A DNA stretch of 63,906 nt, the filler included, from Thermoplasmatota archaeon (GTDB lineage Archaea > Thermoplasmatota > E2 > JACPAO01 > JAHFTW01), in NCBI GenBank assembly GCA_041623215.1. It is 3 parts of 3 records of this genome, joined end to end, with 100 filler letters (N's around TTAATTAATTAA, not from the genome) between each part and the next. Parts side by side here need not be neighbours in the genome. Positions count along the whole stretch, not along the records: positions 56,363 to 63,906 come from JBFJXH010000080.1; 2 more parts are not named here. One strand, given 5' to 3'. Every line of letters begins with the position of its first letter. Within the stretch, counting starts at the first letter, position 1. The translations under genes were made by a program, and so were the position numbers. Below, piece after piece: positions 60,057 to 63,906 of this stretch. The notes beneath the pieces were generated by a model, which saw nothing but the letters and a program-made list of their open reading frames with translations, was not told where the DNA came from and searched no databases.

Positions 60057-60883
60057 GCCACGTATCAGACGAATCCTCGTACCGCAAACCTACCCTGTCG
60101 CTCCGCCTCAAGGAAGCGCTGGCGAAGGCCGGCCCCAAATTGAGCGTCTATCTGGTGGCCGGTCATCCGAGCCTCGATGCGTCGTTCGAACACTTGGCGG
60201 CGGCGGTGCAGGGAGGCGCCGATTGGCTTGAGTTTGGCATTCCGTTCAGCGACCCGGCAGCAGATGGCCCGGTGATTGAGGCCGCCACGGCCAGTGCTGT
60301 TCGAGCAGGGACAACTGTGGAAGATTGCCTGGAACTGGCGCAGCGTTTCAGGGTCGCGTACCCCAATGTCCCCTTGGTTGCCATGACGTATGGAAATGTC
60401 GCCTACCAGCGTTCGTGGGAAGGCTGGGCGGATGCCTTGCTGACGGCCGGCTTCGACGCGTGCATCCTGCCCGATGTCCCGCTGGAGGAAGCACAACCAA
60501 TCCGGGCTGCGCTGGATCGGGTGGGCCTTGGCTGGATTCCATTAGTGACGCCAACGACGCCTACCAATCGCATGGCCGCTATTGCCGCAACCGCAACAGG
60601 GTTCCTGTATGTGGTGAGCAGCACCGGGACGACCGGGCAGGACGGCGCGAGCGAAGCCATGGAGGCAACGGTCCAGAGGGCCCGCCAAGCGATCAGGGAT
60701 GCCAATCCGGGTCTTCCGCTGGTGGTCGGGTTTGGCATCCGAGCAGCCAGCGACGTACAACGCGTTGTCGAAGCCGGGGCAGCTGGAGCCATTGTTGGCA
60801 CCGCGATTGTGCAGGGCCTTTCCGCCGGCAACACACCACAGGAAACTACCGCTTGCGTCGCTGCGCTGCGGCCTCCCGCCTAG
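60053..60883 (+). CDS. trpA: Tryptophan synthase alpha chain
   Basis: EFGIPFSDPAADGPVI, MTY.N, PD.P.EE, GFLY.VS..GTTG, VGFGI, GAIVG. Confidence 0.95.
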   Translation: MSHVSDESSYRKPTLSLRLKEALAKAGPKLSVYLVAGHPSLDASFEHLAAAVQGGADWLEFGIPFSDPAADGPVIEAATASAVRAGTTVEDCLELAQRFRVAYPNVPLVAMTYGNVAYQRSWEGWADALLTAGFDACILPDVPLEEAQPIRAALDRVGLGWIPLVTPTTPTNRMAAIAATATGFLYVVSSTGTTGQDGASEAMEATVQRARQAIRDANPGLPLVVGFGIRAASDVQRVVEAGAAGAIVGTAIVQGLSAGNTPQETTACVAALRPPA

Positions 60884-60889
60884 CCCGGG

Positions 60890-61177
60890 CTAGTCCAGGC
60901 GGTGGGTAATCACCGACAACACGAGGACGGCAAATGCCGCGAGCGTAATCGCCGCCTCCAGGGCGTGGGCCACGTCTCGGCTGGCCCCGAAAACCTGGAG
61001 AGCCGCGCCTTCGGTCACGGCTGCAAAGGTCATCAGGCCCACGGCGAGAGACAGCACAAGCATCCCTCGCGCCCGGTGCTTGATGTAGGCACGGACCGTG
61101 AACCACAGGAACACGCCGCCTAGGGCAACGGTAAGCACTTTGAGAATGGTCAATGTAAGTAGAATCTCGTGTTCCAT
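60890..61177 (-). CDS. Small 3-TM membrane protein (haloarchaeal DUF7521-like)
   Basis: LKVLTVALGG....RAY...R...L..A.GL...E.....A.F.V...S pattern; starts 1 nt after the wHTH stop. Confidence 0.75.
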   Translation of the reverse strand: MEHEILLTLTILKVLTVALGGVFLWFTVRAYIKHRARGMLVLSLAVGLMTFAAVTEGAALQVFGASRDVAHALEAAITLAAFAVLVLSVITHRLD

Positions 61178-61178
61178 A

Positions 61179-61535
61179 TCAGTTCCCCATCTGGTTCCAT
61201 AGGCTGAGAACGCGGTCCTCGAAGCCGGCGTTTGCCTCCCACGATACATCAATGCCGTGCGCGCTCAGTTGCAGGTTCGCGCTGCGGATGCGGCTTCGAT
61301 ACAGGTCGTAGGGCTTTCCGTCGGCGGTCATGGCGCTGCGCTCCACTGTGAGCAGGCCCGAATCCACCAGCGCCTTGATGCGCCGGTAGGTAGACGCCAA
61401 GGGAATGTCCAGGTTGCGACTGATGTCCTTGGCCTGGAGCGGTTTACGGATGCATGCCGCCAGGATTCGCCTGTCGGCATCGTTGGCCAGAGCCTGCTCG
61501 ACTCTCGACTCAGTCAACGCAACGGAAGGGTGCAT
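61179..61535 (-). CDS. Winged-helix transcriptional regulator (haloarchaeal HTH type)
   Basis: R.IL....KPL.AKDIS...DIPLASTYRRI..L...GLL, DGK....Y, C-terminal EDRV..LW.QM. Confidence 0.85.
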   Translation of the reverse strand: MHPSVALTESRVEQALANDADRRILAACIRKPLQAKDISRNLDIPLASTYRRIKALVDSGLLTVERSAMTADGKPYDLYRSRIRSANLQLSAHGIDVSWEANAGFEDRVLSLWNQMGN

Positions 61536-61539
61536 GCCT

Positions 61540-61561
61540 TGGTTCCCAAACCTGGGAACCA
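61540..61561. promoter_or_regulatory. Perfect inverted repeat TGGTTCCCA-AACC-TGGGAACCA (candidate operator)
   Basis: 9-bp arms in the 78-bp divergent wHTH/nirK intergenic region. Confidence 0.55.
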
Positions 61562-61613
61562 CGCCTTGGAACAAGGTCGTTTCTCTATCCGCGCGGCCGA
61601 CTGGACCTCATCT

Positions 61614-63029
61614 ATGGAACGAGGACAACTCGCGGCCATGCCAGCGCTGCTCCTGCTCGCCGTCGCCTTTGCCGGCTGCACTAGTTCGGTCATCGACGCC
61701 CCGGTGCGCGCCGATTCAGGCGGTGGAACGGCGACGGTGGACATGCAGAACATTGTCTTTGCCCCGACCACGTTGACGGTGGCGGTCGGCACCACGGTCA
61801 CCTGGGTCAACAAGGATGTCGTGGGCCACACGGTAACCCCCACGGACTCCGGCCAATGGGGCACGGCTGGCAGCGGCGACGACCCGGCCGACTGGATGAT
61901 GGAGGGCGACAGGTGGTCGCACACGTTCAGCAAGCCTGGGACCTACCAGTACTACTGCTTACCTCACGCATCGCAACGAGCCGACGGATCCTGGGCCGGC
62001 ATGGTGGCGACCGTGATTGTGACGGAAAGTGCCAGTGCCAGCAGCGACCAGGGGGACTCAAGTTCTGGGTCAATGAACCCAATGCTGGGGCCTTTGGCAG
62101 CTGCGCGCCCAGTGGACGTAGCCGAGATTGGCCTGCCGGCGGACGCTGTTCCCCGGCCGCTGGACCGCGATGAACCCGCCAGCGTGACCTTCGACATCAC
62201 GAGCCGCGAAGTTACCGCTGAGCTAGCCGATGGTTCCACCTACGAATACTGGACCTTTGACGGCACCGTTCCGGGCCCCATGCTTCGAGTGCGCGAAGGA
62301 GACACGGTCACCATCAACCACCACAACGCAGCCAGTTCGACCATGCCACACAATATCGACTTCCATGCGGTGACCGGCCCCGGCGGAGGGGCACCCATGC
62401 TGTCCGCGCCCCCCGGCGAAACCGCCACGCTGACATGGAAGGCGCTTCGGGCCGGCCTTTACATTTACCACTGTGCGCAAGATGACCCGCCGCTACATAT
62501 CGCCCGCGGCATGTATGGCCTCATTCTGGTGGAGCCGGAAGGCGGCTTGCCGGAAGTTGACCATGAATTCGTGGTTGTCCAGGGAGAATTGTACAGCACC
62601 CACTCCTACAAGGACGACGGGCATCACGTCTTTGACGGCGACAAGGCTGACGATGAGCGGCCCTCCTTTGTTGTCTTCAACGGACGGGTTGGCAGTTTGA
62701 CGGATGATCGCCAGATGCAGGTTCGCGTTGGCGACTCGGTCCGCATGTTTGTCGGCAACGGCGGCCCCAACCTCGTCAGTAGCTTCCACATCATCGGTGA
62801 AATCTTTGACCGCGTCTGGAGCCAAGGTAGCCTAACAAGCGAGCCCCTGACCAATGTCCAAACGACCCTAGTCCCCGCGGGCGGGGCTGTAATGGTGGAG
62901 TTTGATGTTGAGGTACCTGGCCCCTATTTCCTCGTGGATCACAGCATTAACCGCGTCCACAAGGGTGCTTTTGGCGTCTTGACGGTCGAGGGCGAAGACG
63001 CGCCGGAAACCTACCGGGAAGGTGCTTGA
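61614..63029 (+). CDS. nirK: Copper-containing nitrite reductase with N-terminal cupredoxin domain; lipoprotein
   Basis: Lipobox AFAGC. Cupredoxin ligands GHTV...YYCLPH...M. NirK core HNIDFH, YHC, HIARGMYG, SSFHIIG, LVDHS. Start at 61614 or 61638. Confidence 0.93.
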   Translation: MERGQLAAMPALLLLAVAFAGCTSSVIDAPVRADSGGGTATVDMQNIVFAPTTLTVAVGTTVTWVNKDVVGHTVTPTDSGQWGTAGSGDDPADWMMEGDRWSHTFSKPGTYQYYCLPHASQRADGSWAGMVATVIVTESASASSDQGDSSSGSMNPMLGPLAAARPVDVAEIGLPADAVPRPLDRDEPASVTFDITSREVTAELADGSTYEYWTFDGTVPGPMLRVREGDTVTINHHNAASSTMPHNIDFHAVTGPGGGAPMLSAPPGETATLTWKALRAGLYIYHCAQDDPPLHIARGMYGLILVEPEGGLPEVDHEFVVVQGELYSTHSYKDDGHHVFDGDKADDERPSFVVFNGRVGSLTDDRQMQVRVGDSVRMFVGNGGPNLVSSFHIIGEIFDRVWSQGSLTSEPLTNVQTTLVPAGGAVMVEFDVEVPGPYFLVDHSINRVHKGAFGVLTVEGEDAPETYREGA

Positions 63030-63202
63030 TGCGTCCAGCTTCCGTGGCCGCCGCAATCCTGGCGATTCTGCTGGTCTGGACCATGATGGCCATCGCGGGC
63101 GCCGGCATGATGGCGCTTTTGGTGGGCGAAGCGGTCCTTTGGGCCGCGATTGTGTTGTTATCAATCTCCTTTGTCAAAAGCGAAGCAGGGGCCGAATCAT
63201 GA
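63029..63202 (+). CDS. 57-aa two-TM membrane protein coupled to nirK (not in the ORF track)
   Basis: MRPASVAAAILAILLVWTMMAIAGAGMMALLVGEAVLWAAIVLLSISFVKSEAGAES; TGATG overlap with the nirK stop. Confidence 0.6.
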   Translation: MRPASVAAAILAILLVWTMMAIAGAGMMALLVGEAVLWAAIVLLSISFVKSEAGAES

Positions 63203-63278
63203 AGCCAGCTTGCGAAGCGGTCCATGTTCTTGGCGGTTCGTTTCACCGCGCCCGCACCATGTGCTCTTGGGGGCTCGC

Positions 63279-63725
63279 ATGAGTCGTCTTGCGCCGGCGG
63301 GCACCGGGGAGGATTTGGCATCGCCGCGCCGCGCTGCCGGCTGGGCCCCCAATCCCGTGAGCCGCGTCGTGGTCCCGGTTGAGGGTGGGGACGATGAGTA
63401 CCTTGCCCAAGAGCAGGCGGTTCGCCATGCGGCCGCGCTCGGTGTGCCGGTCATGGCCATTCACATTGACCCGACCCTGGACAGTGATGATGAGCGCCTC
63501 TGGGGCTACTTGACGGAGCAATGCGAGCGCCAGGGGGTCACGCTCCACACCATGGTGCTTGGCGGCCAAGAAGCCGGGGAGGCCCTCGCGGACGAAGTGG
63601 ACGCGATGGACCTGGTGGTCATCGGCACCCGACGTATTGGGACTCGTTACCATATGCACTCGGTGGCGGAACATCTCATCCGGCATTCGCCCGCAACCAT
63701 CCAGGTGGTCCGTCTGCATGACTGA
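63279..63725 (+). CDS. Universal stress protein (UspA family)
   Basis: RVVVPVEG, DLVVIGT, SVAEHLIRHSPATIQVV. Confidence 0.85.
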   Translation: MSRLAPAGTGEDLASPRRAAGWAPNPVSRVVVPVEGGDDEYLAQEQAVRHAAALGVPVMAIHIDPTLDSDDERLWGYLTEQCERQGVTLHTMVLGGQEAGEALADEVDAMDLVVIGTRRIGTRYHMHSVAEHLIRHSPATIQVVRLHD

Positions 63726-63906
63726 TGTCCTGCGACCGGGCACCCGCGCCGGCCAAGGCCCAGGATGGCTGCTTCTTGCCTGCGTAGCCGTGATTGTGCT
63801 CACCATGGCTGACCTGAGCCTGACAGTTGGCAGCGTGCCTCCCGCTGCCGCTGCAACCGAGGCCGTTGCATGGGGTGGCGCACCTTGGCTCATAGCGGCT
63901 GCCATC
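63718..63906 (+). CDS. Membrane protein, N-terminal fragment
   Basis: ATG overlaps the end of the USP gene; MTDVLRPG...WLLLACVAVIVLTMA... is open to the window end. Confidence 0.55.
   Translation, partial: MTDVLRPGTRAGQGPGWLLLACVAVIVLTMADLSLTVGSVPPAAAATEAVAWGGAPWLIAAAI

Noticed and set aside
61257..61613. 119-aa N-terminal extension of NirK in the ORF track
   Set aside because: Overlaps the divergent wHTH gene; the signal peptide starts at 61614 or 61638.

Overview
GC-rich (roughly 60-65% by eye) archaeal DNA. The archaeal-type ribosomal proteins, A-type ATP synthase, SepF and oap operon fit an uncultured Euryarchaeota/Thermoplasmatota-like organism (inferred, not tested). Two artificial N-TTAATTAATTAA-N linkers (29514-29613, 56263-56362) split the window into three pieces. 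Piece 1 holds ALDH7, an MMPL transporter, secY, the full uL3-uL15 ribosomal protein cluster, a metzincin, GlmU and an atpI-K-E-C-F-A-B operon with no atpD after atpB. Piece 2 holds tRNA-Asp/Val/Leu, oapABC, a PhoU/PiT/DUF47 phosphate module, ArsR, PduO, a SNF2 helicase, a bacterial-type GpsA, a cyclophilin-FKBP fusion lipoprotein, eL37, PUA, SepF and a 2031-aa Calx-beta surface protein. Piece 3 holds trpCF-trpB-DUF368-trpA and a copper nitrite reductase locus. Best candidates for new biology: (1) a cupredoxin-fused lipoprotein NirK facing a winged-helix plus 3-TM gene pair across a perfect 9-bp palindrome; (2) a ~140-nt structured leader with its own TATA box upstream of uS17, whose hairpin loop is complementary to the Shine-Dalgarno sequence; (3) a DUF368 translocase coupled between trpB and trpA. 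No rRNA, CRISPR array or mobile element was seen.
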